Part shown: positions 8,608 through 17,432 of the stretch, one piece after another
Position numbering within the stretch: position 1 is the first letter of the stretch
Layout: each line of letters begins with the position of its first letter
Sequence record: SRR31156797_2598
DNA length: 20,000 nt
Reading direction: 5' to 3' (one strand)
The notes under the pieces: generated by a model
What the model saw: the letters and a program-made list of their open reading frames with translations, nothing else
The model's database searches: none
Told to the model about the DNA's origin: nothing
Made by a program: the position numbers and the translations under genes

Positions 8608-8623
8608 TGGCATCACTGTTGCA
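8608..8623 (+). promoter_or_regulatory. Sigma54 (-24/-12) promoter of the MFS-cai-fix operon
   Basis: TGGCATCACTGTTGCA has GG-N10-GC spacing. It ends 22 bp before the RBS-preceded ATG at 8646 and is adjacent to a divergent sigma54 activator gene. Confidence 0.9.
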
Positions 8624-8645
8624 ATATATCCTACAGGAGGACAAT

Positions 8646-9893
8646 ATGAGTAATAATCAAGATTCTGGTATTCATTATGGTCTTATGGTTGTTGCAGCAT
8701 GCTGTGCAGTTTGCGGTGCACCTGTTGCTATGACATTTAGTTGTGCAGGTATCTTCTATTCTCCTGTATCAACTGCTCTGGGTGTGGGGCGTGGTACATT
8801 TGGATTGTATATGACAATTTTATGTCTTGCAATGACTTTTACACTGCCGATCGCAGGTAAGATCTTTGCCGAAAGAAGTGTTAAGGTGGTTACTACAACA
8901 TGCGTAGCTCTTATTGCACTGTCATTCTTGGGTATGTCGAGAGCAACGTCAGTTTATCATTTCTATATAGCTGGAGGCTTTTTAGGTATTGCCAACGCTT
9001 TCCTGCTTTATCTTATGACACCAATACTTATCAATGCATGGTTTAAAGCTCGTAAAGGTTTTTTTATAGGTTTATGCATGTCATTTACTGGTGTCGGAGG
9101 GATAATTTTTAACCCTATCGGCGGATATTTGATTCAAAACTATAGCTGGAGAACCGGGTATTTTGCATTTTGTATTTTAAGCATTGTTATCGCATTACCC
9201 TTTACTCTCTTTATTGTGAAAAGGTCACCTGCAGAAAAAGGGCTCAGGCCTTATGGTGATGACGGAAGCAGTGCAGGTGTGGCTGCAAGTGAAGATACTA
9301 AAGGTCTTACTGCTAAAGAAGCTCTTGGGACAGTAACATTTTATATCGTACTATTGTTTGCAGGTCTTCTTGGAATCGTATCATGTGTAAATTTCTACCT
9401 TCCTTCATATGCAAATTCACTTGGTATGGCAACAACTATTGGTGCCGCAGTGGCTTCAGCAAGTATGTTTGGAAATATCATAGGCAAAATTGTTCTCGGA
9501 TATATTAATGATAAAACCATTAGTGGATCAATTATCTTTAGCGCATCTTGCGGTATTGTAGGTCTGCTTGTCCTTCTTACTCTCAAAGGAGGAGGAGTTT
9601 TTGTCTTCATGCTTGGCGGCTTCCTTTACGGTGTGTTCTATGCTGCCACAGTGACTATCCCTCCAATGCTTACAAGAGAAACATTCGGATCTAAACAATA
9701 TGGTCAAATATATTCAAATATTATGATGGTTTCAGCACTTTCGTCAGCTGCTGGTGCATCACTTTGGGGCTTTATTTCTGATGCGTCAGGTGGCTCATTT
9801 GTGGTCAGTTTTACAGTTGCAATATGTATGTGTATCGGCGTGATAATAATTGGCATTACAGCATTAATGACTGGAAAGAAATTAGTGAAGTAA
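8646..9893 (+). CDS. MFS transporter (monocarboxylate/OFA-like)
   Basis: About 12 hydrophobic segments, motif-A-like AGKIFAER and LGYINDK, and WFKARKGFFIG. Start reassigned to 8646 (CAGGAGGA RBS) because the ATG at 8607 lies inside the sigma54 box. Confidence 0.9.
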   Translation: MSNNQDSGIHYGLMVVAACCAVCGAPVAMTFSCAGIFYSPVSTALGVGRGTFGLYMTILCLAMTFTLPIAGKIFAERSVKVVTTTCVALIALSFLGMSRATSVYHFYIAGGFLGIANAFLLYLMTPILINAWFKARKGFFIGLCMSFTGVGGIIFNPIGGYLIQNYSWRTGYFAFCILSIVIALPFTLFIVKRSPAEKGLRPYGDDGSSAGVAASEDTKGLTAKEALGTVTFYIVLLFAGLLGIVSCVNFYLPSYANSLGMATTIGAAVASASMFGNIIGKIVLGYINDKTISGSIIFSASCGIVGLLVLLTLKGGGVFVFMLGGFLYGVFYAATVTIPPMLTRETFGSKQYGQIYSNIMMVSALSSAAGASLWGFISDASGGSFVVSFTVAICMCIGVIIIGITALMTGKKLVK

Positions 9894-9918
9894 GGGGGGG
9901 GGAGTCCCCCACTTACTT
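9888..9918 (+). other. Intercistronic stem-loop containing a G9 tract
   Basis: AAGTAAG-g-GGGGG-ggagt-CCCCC-a-CTTACTT overlaps the MFS stop codon and has no U-tail. Confidence 0.6.
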
Positions 9919-9948
9919 AAATCAAAATAAAGTAGTTCAGGAGGAAAA

Positions 9949-11100
9949 ATGGATTTTAAATTAACAGAAGAGCAGGAACTTCTTATCGAAAGCCTTGATG
10001 AGTTTATTACAAGAGAGGTTACCGAAGAAGATGTTAAGTCTTGGTATAAGAATCCCAAGAGTGCATGTGAATTCAATAAAGCTTATGTTGAATCAGGATT
10101 CGGAATGATCGGTATCCCTGAGGAATATGGTGGTACTCCTGCAGATATGACTACAAGAATACTTGTAGCCTATAATCTTATCAAAAAAACAGGTGCTTTT
10201 ATTCCATTTACATCAGGCGTACTCACTCTTTTTGATATGTTTGAGTTTGGAACAAAAGAGCAGATTGATCTTGCTCTGAAGATATATCAGGAACAAGGTG
10301 TCAGCCCATTTGCTCTTGCTATTTCTGAGCCTGTTGCTGGTTCAGACAACAGCTCTATGGTTACAGTAGCCAAAACTGTTGGAGATAAAGTAGTTATCAA
10401 TGGAACAAAGACATTTGTTTCAGGTGCACTTGAGTATCCTTACGTACTTGTAGTTGCTAAAGACGAAGTATCAGACAGAGAAAACAAAAATATGTCAATG
10501 TGGCTGCTACCAGCTGATACACCAGGTATTAAATTTAACTCGTTCCATAAAGTTGGTCAGCATTGCCATAGTTTCTGTGAGATATATCTTGAAGATGTGA
10601 CTGTTGATATGAGCCATCTTGTTGGTATCAGGGGTAAAGGTTTCCTTCAGCTTATGGAAAACTTCGAAGTTGAAAGGCTTGTTGTTGCGGCACAGTCTGT
10701 CGGACTTGCTGAGGCTGCCCTTGTAGATGCTGCAAAATATGCTGAGCAGCGAGTTCAGTTTGGTCAGCCTCTGTACAAATTTCAACTTATAGCAGAGCAC
10801 CTTACTGATATGGAAATAAAAGTTAGGAATATGATTAATTATCTGTTCTATTGTGCCTGGAAAGTAGATAGTGGCCTTCCTTTGAGGTTAGATTCTGCTA
10901 CTCTTAAAAGGTATACTTCAAAGACAGCATTCGAAGTTGCAGATTCAGCAATGCAGGTGATGGGTGCAATTGGTTACACTGACGACTGTAGAATTTCAAG
11001 AATTTGGCAAGATTTAAGAGGTCAAAGATTTGCAGGCGGAACAGATGAGATTATGGTTCACATTTCTGGACGAGAAATAATTAAAAAATACTCTAAATAG
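9949..11100 (+). CDS. Acyl-CoA dehydrogenase/reductase, CaiA/YdiO-like
   Basis: MDFKLTEEQELL, IPEEYGG, LAISEPVAGSD, INGTKTFVSG, FEVERL, AMQVMGAIGY and RFAGGTDEIM resemble E. coli CaiA/YdiO as I recall them. RBS CAGGAGG. Confidence 0.9.
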   Translation: MDFKLTEEQELLIESLDEFITREVTEEDVKSWYKNPKSACEFNKAYVESGFGMIGIPEEYGGTPADMTTRILVAYNLIKKTGAFIPFTSGVLTLFDMFEFGTKEQIDLALKIYQEQGVSPFALAISEPVAGSDNSSMVTVAKTVGDKVVINGTKTFVSGALEYPYVLVVAKDEVSDRENKNMSMWLLPADTPGIKFNSFHKVGQHCHSFCEIYLEDVTVDMSHLVGIRGKGFLQLMENFEVERLVVAAQSVGLAEAALVDAAKYAEQRVQFGQPLYKFQLIAEHLTDMEIKVRNMINYLFYCAWKVDSGLPLRLDSATLKRYTSKTAFEVADSAMQVMGAIGYTDDCRISRIWQDLRGQRFAGGTDEIMVHISGREIIKKYSK

Positions 11101-11112
11101 AGGAGGATCCTC

Positions 11113-12345
11113 ATGTTAGAAAACAAAAATATGCCTAAATTCGGGCCACTACAAGGTGTTAAGGTTCTTCATGCTTCAGCTTCACTTGCAGGGCCTTATG
11201 CTGCTCAGCTGATGGCTGATTTCGGTGCTGATGTTACATGGATTGAGAATACAGATATCCCTGATATTTCAAGATACGGAACAGCTCTTGTTGTTTCTCA
11301 TGAGAGAAGAAACCAGAGAAACATTTCTATAAACCTTGCTAAAGGAGAAGGTAAAGATGTGTTTCTTGAAATGCTCAAAGATGTGGATATATTTATAGAG
11401 ACATCTAAGGCTGGGCAATATACAAAATGGGGCCTCACTGATGAAGTGATGTGGGGAGTGAACCCTAAGCTAGTCATTCTCCACATTTCTGGTTTCGGAC
11501 AGGACGGTCTGCCTGAATATACCAACCGTCCATCTTTCGACCCTATTGCTCAGGCTTTTAGCGGTTTCATGAACGTAAATGGTTTCGAAGATCGTCCACC
11601 GGTAACAGTAGTACCGTTTATAGCTGACTGTATGACAGGTCTTTATGGTGTATTCTCTATACTCGCAGCCCTGCACAGGGCAAAAAACACAGGCGAGGGA
11701 GAGAGTATCGACCTTGCTCAATATGAAATAATGGTTAGATCTCAGGTGTATATGGCAGACTACAGAACAAATGGTATTACATATAAAAGAGAAGGAAGTA
11801 AATCTGCTGCTTATGCCGGCTGGGGAACATATGAGTGTAAAGACGGTAATAATGTTTTTGCTGTTATCATTGGCGGAGGTGTAATTAAACGCGCTGCTGA
11901 GTTCTTCGGATTTGAATACGGAACAGAGATTATTCCTAAAGGTTGCAGTATCACTATTGCAGGAACTCCGGCAGGTATTCTTCTTGAAGAAAAACTTGCA
12001 GCATATTTTTCAAGCAGGACAGCATTTGAAGCAGAAGCGGAGTGTGTCGCACAAGGTCTGCCAGTTTCCAAAATAAATACCTACGAAGATATTGTAAACA
12101 ATCCTCATGTTAAGGCTCGTGGTATTTTTGCTGATTGGGAAGATTTTAAAGGCAAAACTATCAAAGGTGTAGGAGCTGTGCCAAAAATGAAAAATAATCC
12201 CGGCCGTGTATGGAGACCGGCTCCAGAGCAGGGGATGGATAATGAAGAAATTCTGGCAGAAATTGGCTTAACTGAAGAGCAGATAAGTGAACTTTATGAG
12301 AAAGGTATTATTAAAAAGAGCGAACTTGATCTAAATAGACAGTAA
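11113..12345 (+). CDS. caiB: Class III CoA-transferase, CaiB-like
   Basis: MPKFGPLQG...AGPYAAQLMADFGADVTWIEN closely parallels the CaiB N-terminus. ISGFGQ and IAQAFSG are present, the catalytic Asp is in PFIAD, and the C-terminus reads NNPGRVWR...GMDNEEIL. Family assignment is strong; the substrate is uncertain. Confidence 0.85.
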   Translation: MLENKNMPKFGPLQGVKVLHASASLAGPYAAQLMADFGADVTWIENTDIPDISRYGTALVVSHERRNQRNISINLAKGEGKDVFLEMLKDVDIFIETSKAGQYTKWGLTDEVMWGVNPKLVILHISGFGQDGLPEYTNRPSFDPIAQAFSGFMNVNGFEDRPPVTVVPFIADCMTGLYGVFSILAALHRAKNTGEGESIDLAQYEIMVRSQVYMADYRTNGITYKREGSKSAAYAGWGTYECKDGNNVFAVIIGGGVIKRAAEFFGFEYGTEIIPKGCSITIAGTPAGILLEEKLAAYFSSRTAFEAEAECVAQGLPVSKINTYEDIVNNPHVKARGIFADWEDFKGKTIKGVGAVPKMKNNPGRVWRPAPEQGMDNEEILAEIGLTEEQISELYEKGIIKKSELDLNRQ

Positions 12346-12360
12346 GAGGTATGTGCTACT

Positions 12361-13896
12361 ATGTTTGCTGAAGGATATTTACAAAATATTTTGGATTTTT
12401 GGGCAAAAAATAAGCCTGATGGGATAGCTTGTATAGATGAATCCGGTCAGCATACTTACTCAGAGGTAGCGAATGCATCTAATGCAATCGCTACCTCGAT
12501 ACTGGAAAGTGGAGTAGGTAAAGGAGGCAAAGTTGTCGTATTGATCCAAAATAATTGGATAAACATTTCCATATTTTTTGCACTTTTAAAAATTGGAGCT
12601 GTTTATACTCCTTGCAATAGCAAACTCAGCCAAAGTGAAATAGTTGATCGGGCTAATTTGATTGAGCCTGATTTGGTTATTACAGATAATCAGGAATCAA
12701 TAGATTATATCCGTGACCATTATGACACTGAGATTATAACCCACAAGTTTTCTTGCTCAGGTTACCGGAGCATTGAAGAAATTATTAATAGATCAAAGGT
12801 AGCTTCTGTTGAAATGGCTGATATCGATTTTTACGAAGATATGTCTGCTCTGTTTTTTTCTTCCGGCTCAACTTCTGTAGGTAGAGGAGTGATGCTCACA
12901 TACTATTGTATTGCTAAAGCTGCGTTATCCTTAGGGCAGAAGTTGAATATGAATGAACAGGATAGGATATTTGTTCCTCTTCCTGTAGCACACTTATTCA
13001 ACCTTGTGCCAGGTGTAATTATGCCTGTTTTATATGGTGCTACATCGGTGCTTATAGAGCGTTTTTGTGCTTCGGATGCACTTAACTTTATAGAAAAAAG
13101 TGAGGCTACAGGAATACTCGGTGTGCCTACAATGTATGTAAGACTGATTAATGAGCAGCAAGAAAATCCAAGAGATATTTCAAAGTTATCAAAAGGTCTT
13201 ATTGCTGGTGCTGCCTGTTTTGAATCACTCATAAGGCAAATAGAAGACATTTTCGATTGTAAAATTAATGCTGCGTACGGTTCAACAGAAACAATAAATG
13301 TCTCGTCTGTTTGTATGGATGATCAGAGCAATAAAAGATATTCAACCGTTGGTAAGATCAATGACTACTTGGATCTGAAGCTAATCTATGAAGATGGAAC
13401 AGAGGCAGAATGTTTAGACATAGGAGAAATATTGTGTCGTGGCTGTATCATGAAAGGCTATTACAAGATGTCGGATGAGACTAATAAAGCTATTGATGAT
13501 GATGGCTGGTTTCACACAGGAGACCTAGGGATGATCGACAGTGATGGGTATCTCAAAATAGTGGGTCGTAAATCAAATCTAATCATTAGAGGCGGCTATA
13601 ACATAATGCCGGCGGAACTCGAAAAAGAATTTCTGGAACACCCATCAGTTCGGGAAGTTTGTGTTTTTGGCCAATCTCATGAAGAGCTTGGTGAAGAGAT
13701 ATTTGTGATCATAGCTCTCATATATCAAGGAACAGAATCAGAAGAATCATTAAAGAGTTATATTAGCGATAAAGTTGCAAAATATAAAAGACCAGATCGC
13801 ATTATTCTTCTTAATGATCTACCTAAGCTAGAGAACGGCAAGTTCGACTTATGTAATATGAGAGAATTAATTAGAAAAAACAGTAAGGAGAAATGA
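12361..13896 (+). CDS. AMP-binding acyl-CoA synthetase (class I adenylate-forming), in the caiC position
   Basis: Motifs FFSSGSTSVGRGV (degenerate P-loop), PLPVAH, GVPTMY, YGSTE, WFHTGDLG, IVGRKSNLIIRGGYNI and LPKLENGK. Confidence 0.85.
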   Translation: MFAEGYLQNILDFWAKNKPDGIACIDESGQHTYSEVANASNAIATSILESGVGKGGKVVVLIQNNWINISIFFALLKIGAVYTPCNSKLSQSEIVDRANLIEPDLVITDNQESIDYIRDHYDTEIITHKFSCSGYRSIEEIINRSKVASVEMADIDFYEDMSALFFSSGSTSVGRGVMLTYYCIAKAALSLGQKLNMNEQDRIFVPLPVAHLFNLVPGVIMPVLYGATSVLIERFCASDALNFIEKSEATGILGVPTMYVRLINEQQENPRDISKLSKGLIAGAACFESLIRQIEDIFDCKINAAYGSTETINVSSVCMDDQSNKRYSTVGKINDYLDLKLIYEDGTEAECLDIGEILCRGCIMKGYYKMSDETNKAIDDDGWFHTGDLGMIDSDGYLKIVGRKSNLIIRGGYNIMPAELEKEFLEHPSVREVCVFGQSHEELGEEIFVIIALIYQGTESEESLKSYISDKVAKYKRPDRIILLNDLPKLENGKFDLCNMRELIRKNSKEK

Positions 13897-14657
13897 TGAA
13901 TACAATCGTTTGTTATAAAGTAGTTTATGAAGAGCAGGATATTGTTGTCAACGATGACTCAAGCCTCTCTTTTGATAGAGCTGAGCTTAAACTCAGTCTT
14001 TACGATTTAAATGCCGTTGAAGCAGCAGTATGCCTTTCTGAGGAAACAGATGGAAAGACTGTTGCCATGACTATTGGTGATAGCAAGGTAGATAATAGTA
14101 AAATGAAAAAAGCTATCCTTTCCAGAGGTCCTCAGGAACTTTGCATAGTACCTGAGGAAACGTTTGGAACAGCTGATACAAGCCAGACAGCAAAGGTTCT
14201 TGCCGCTTCTGTCGCAAAGTTAGAATACGATGTGATTTTCTGTGGGGAAGGCTCTGCTGATAATTATGCACAGCAAACAGGGATTCAGCTTGGTGAACTG
14301 CTTGGTCTCCCTGTTGTTAACAGTGTCAGCAAAGTTACAGTTGATGGAGATAAGCTCATTGTTGAAAGAACTCTTGAATCTTCCGTAGAAGTTATTGAAG
14401 TCCCTACTCCAGCTGTGATTTGCGTTACCAGTGATATTAATAAGACTCGTTTGCCAAATATGAAGGACATTCTGGCCGCAGGTAAAAAGCCTGTGACAAC
14501 CCTGTCTGTTGCTGATCTTGGAATCGATATGCCAGAGAAAACTCTAGATATCATAAGCGTTGTTGCTCCTACTCAGAAAGAGCGCAAGTGTCAGATCTTC
14601 GAAGGTGAAGATAAAGTCACAGAATTCTACGATTCAATCAGCAAAGAGATTAAATAG
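13893..14657 (+). CDS. fixA: Electron transfer flavoprotein beta subunit, enteric FixA/YdiQ type
   Basis: IVCYKVV.EEQDI, YDLNAVEAA, LSRGP, CGEGSADNYAQQTG and RLPNMKDILAAGKKPV. ATGA overlap with the ligase gene. Confidence 0.92.
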   Translation: MMNTIVCYKVVYEEQDIVVNDDSSLSFDRAELKLSLYDLNAVEAAVCLSEETDGKTVAMTIGDSKVDNSKMKKAILSRGPQELCIVPEETFGTADTSQTAKVLAASVAKLEYDVIFCGEGSADNYAQQTGIQLGELLGLPVVNSVSKVTVDGDKLIVERTLESSVEVIEVPTPAVICVTSDINKTRLPNMKDILAAGKKPVTTLSVADLGIDMPEKTLDIISVVAPTQKERKCQIFEGEDKVTEFYDSISKEIK

Positions 14658-14666
14658 GAGAGAAAT

Positions 14667-15581
14667 ATGAAAACACTTATTTTCAGTAATAATATAAATC
14701 AGTACGCAGAACTTAGTGCCGGAGCGAAATCTCTCGATTCTGAAGTGATTGCATATGTTGTCGGTTCTGTAGAACTGGCAGATCAAATAGCCTCATTTAC
14801 AGACAAAGTTTTTTTTACTCCTTCAGAGGATAGAATGGTAGAGGAGTTTACTAACACTCTGAAGAGTGTAGTAGAAAGTGAAAACCCTGAGCTTATCCTT
14901 ATGAGTCCTGATAAGTCATCTAAGTTTATGGCTGCAAGCCTCGCGGCAAAGCTGGGTACATCAGTTATTACAGATGCTATGTCTATCGAGACGGACGGCA
15001 GCGCTGTCAAATGTCAGCAGCTTTACTACGGCGGTACAGCGGTTAAAACTGTGAAAAGTCTCAGCCAGGCGATAGTTATTGTGGGAGCAGGAACATATGA
15101 TCCTGTTCAGGCCGGAGCAAAAGGCTCTGTTGAAAGTGTTGATATGGTTGAGTCTGGTTTTAAAATCGTAAGAAGAGAGATTCGCAAAAAGGAGGGTGAA
15201 ATAGTCAATCTTGCGGCTGCTAAAAAGGTCGTTGGTGTTGGACGTGGTTTTGCATCAAAAGATGACATCGGCATGGCTGAAACTCTTGCTAAGGCAATTG
15301 GAGCTGAAGTCGGCTGTACAAGACCTATTGCAGAAGGCGAAGGCTGGATGGCAACTGCCAGATACATCGGTGTCTCAGGTGTAGTTCTTAAACCTGATGT
15401 TTATATTGCTGTTGGTCTTTCCGGACAGATCCAACACACTATTGGTGTTAGCTCAGCGAAGACTATTGTTGCTATCAACAAAGATAAAAACGCCCCAATT
15501 TTTAAAAATTGTGACTATGGCATTGTCGGCGATCTTTATAAGGTTTTGCCTGCAATCATAGATATGGTTAAGGCGGGTTAG
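14667..15581 (+). CDS. fixB: Electron transfer flavoprotein alpha subunit
   Basis: YYGG, VVGVGRG, VGCTRPIAE, YIGVSG, VGLSGQIQH and AINKDKNAPIF..CDYGIVGDL. Confidence 0.93.
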   Translation: MKTLIFSNNINQYAELSAGAKSLDSEVIAYVVGSVELADQIASFTDKVFFTPSEDRMVEEFTNTLKSVVESENPELILMSPDKSSKFMAASLAAKLGTSVITDAMSIETDGSAVKCQQLYYGGTAVKTVKSLSQAIVIVGAGTYDPVQAGAKGSVESVDMVESGFKIVRREIRKKEGEIVNLAAAKKVVGVGRGFASKDDIGMAETLAKAIGAEVGCTRPIAEGEGWMATARYIGVSGVVLKPDVYIAVGLSGQIQHTIGVSSAKTIVAINKDKNAPIFKNCDYGIVGDLYKVLPAIIDMVKAG

Positions 15582-15618
15582 TCCTGCTGCGTTTTAAATT
15601 TATAGGTGGGATTTTATC

Positions 15619-16911
15619 ATGGAAGAGGCACAGTTTGATGTAATAATTGTAGGCGGAGGTATAGCAGGTGCTACTGCTGCATTGAAGCTTGCAAGAGAAG
15701 GGCTTGAGGTTGTTGTTGTTGAGAGAGGCAACTTCTCAGGAGCTAAAAATATGACAGGAGGCAGGCTCTATAGTCATAGTTTGAAAGGACTTATCCCAGA
15801 TTTTGAAGATATAGCACCTGTCGAGAGAAAAGTTACTCAGGAAAGGGTCAGCATGATGACTGAGACGGGAATGACTACAGTTGGTTTTATGAGTGAAAAC
15901 CTTGCGGTTGAGTCTAAAGATTCATATATCGTTTTACGTAGTGTTTTTGATAGATGGCTTATGGAAATGGCCGAAGAAGCAGGAGCTATGCCTGTTCCTA
16001 GTATCTGTGTTGATGACCTTGTATATAGAGACGGAAAAGTTGTTGGTATTAAAGCTGGCGACGAAGATATGTTTGCAGATGTCGTGATACTGGCAGATGG
16101 AGCAAACTCTCTCTTAGTGGAAAAGTGTGGACTGCGTAAGAAAAGGATAACTTCTCATGAAATTGCAGTTGGTGCTAAAGAAGTTATTCAGCTTGGAGAG
16201 AAGACAATTGAGGACAGGTTTAACCTTATTGAAAATGAAGGTCTGTCGTGGCTTTTTGCTGGTTATCCTTCAGCAGGAAGCATAGGGGGGGGATTACTAT
16301 ACACTAATAGAGATAGCATATCTTTAGGTGTTGTAGTGACTTTGGAAGAGTTTAAAAAGCAGAAAAAATCTTTGCATGAGATGCTTGAAGATTTTAAGCA
16401 GCATCCCGCAGTTAAACCTCTGATAAAAGATGGGAAACTTGTCGAATATTCTGGTCATATGGTTCCTGAAGGAGGATATAATATGATCTCTGATCTATAT
16501 TCTGACGGTATTATGGTTATAGGCGATGCAGCAGGACTTGTGATTAACGCAGGTTATACAGTAAGGGGTATGGACTTGGCTGTGGGCTCAGCTATCGCAG
16601 CAGCAGATGCTGTTATAGAAGCCAAAGCAAAGAATGACTTTTCTGCTGCCTCATTATCTAAATATAAAAAACTATTGGATAGTAGTTTCGTCATGAGAGA
16701 TATGAAAAATGTTAAGAATTTCCCTGCTTTCATGGAAAATCATAGAATTTTCAATGATTATCCGGCAATGGCAGAGAAGATGATGTCTAATTTGTTTGTT
16801 GTCGATGGAGAACTACCAAAAAGTATGTTCAGCAAGATGGTTGACCCTGTGAAAGAAGTCGGAATTATGAATCTGTTGAAAGACGGAATCAAAGGAGTAC
16901 GAGCACTATGA
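15619..16911 (+). CDS. fixC: FAD-dependent ETF:quinone oxidoreductase-like protein FixC
   Basis: FDVIIVGGGIAG, ERGNFSGAKNMTGGRLY, ADGANS, GGGLLYTN, EYSGHMVPEGG, GDAAG and RGMDLA. Confidence 0.93.
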   Translation: MEEAQFDVIIVGGGIAGATAALKLAREGLEVVVVERGNFSGAKNMTGGRLYSHSLKGLIPDFEDIAPVERKVTQERVSMMTETGMTTVGFMSENLAVESKDSYIVLRSVFDRWLMEMAEEAGAMPVPSICVDDLVYRDGKVVGIKAGDEDMFADVVILADGANSLLVEKCGLRKKRITSHEIAVGAKEVIQLGEKTIEDRFNLIENEGLSWLFAGYPSAGSIGGGLLYTNRDSISLGVVVTLEEFKKQKKSLHEMLEDFKQHPAVKPLIKDGKLVEYSGHMVPEGGYNMISDLYSDGIMVIGDAAGLVINAGYTVRGMDLAVGSAIAAADAVIEAKAKNDFSAASLSKYKKLLDSSFVMRDMKNVKNFPAFMENHRIFNDYPAMAEKMMSNLFVVDGELPKSMFSKMVDPVKEVGIMNLLKDGIKGVRAL

Positions 16912-17192
16912 GTAACCGTATAACTGTTGAAGAGAAGCTTGCTGTAGACAAGTTCTATGTAGATGAGGAATATCCGCATATTGAGGTAGATAAAGCCGCG
17001 TCGGTAGAGGATATTATGGTTCTCGTGAGAGCTTGTCCTGCGGGGCTTTACAAATATGACGATGGTGTTTTAAAGTTTGATTATGCCGGGTGCTTTGAGT
17101 GCGGCACATGTCGGATACTAGGCACTGGGAATGTCGTCACAAAATGGACATTTCCGAAAGGCTCCATGGGTATAGAATACAGGTTTGGTTAA
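16908..17192 (+). CDS. fixX: Ferredoxin-like protein FixX (enteric type)
   Basis: KFYVDEEYPHI, ACPAGLYK, FDYAGCFECGTCRILG and W.FPKG.MGIEYRFG. ATGA overlap with fixC. Confidence 0.93.
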   Translation: MSNRITVEEKLAVDKFYVDEEYPHIEVDKAASVEDIMVLVRACPAGLYKYDDGVLKFDYAGCFECGTCRILGTGNVVTKWTFPKGSMGIEYRFG

Positions 17193-17196
17193 TTAG

Positions 17197-17224
17197 AAGC
17201 CCCTTTTTAAGGGGCTTTTTTTTT
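17197..17224 (+). terminator. Strong rho-independent terminator after fixX
   Basis: AAGCCCCTT-ttt-AAGGGGCTT followed by a T run to 17224. Confidence 0.92.
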
Positions 17225-17286
17225 CGTAATATTTCATCTCAGAATAATCAAATCTAGACTTATGCGGGCAGGTTTCAAAATTATTT

Positions 17287-17355
17287 TGTTTCTGCTTGCT
17301 TTGAAAGTGTTACCTTTTGGAACTCATATGAAACAATCTTTTACAAAAGTAAACA
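17287..17355. promoter_or_regulatory. Putative upstream activator sequence (enhancer) 2
   Basis: Half-sites TGTTTC 17287, TGTTAC 17308, GAAACA 17330 and TAAACA 17350. 17307-17355 aligns without gaps, in inverted orientation, to 8485-8533. Confidence 0.7.
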
Positions 17356-17432
17356 GTTGTTGTCTTCAATTAAATCTCAAATCAATTATAAATATCATAT
17401 GTATAAGCTTTTTATCTTTGTACAGGGAAGCA

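Noticed and set aside
8607-8645. 13-codon N-terminal extension of the MFS in the ORF track
   Set aside because: The ATG lies within the -24 box of the sigma54 promoter and has no RBS, whereas ATG 8646 has CAGGAGGA.
13893-17192. Nitrogen fixation role for fixABCX despite sigma54 promoters
   Set aside because: No nif genes in the window, the sequences are enteric cai/ydi type, and the activator is AcoR-like rather than NifA-like.
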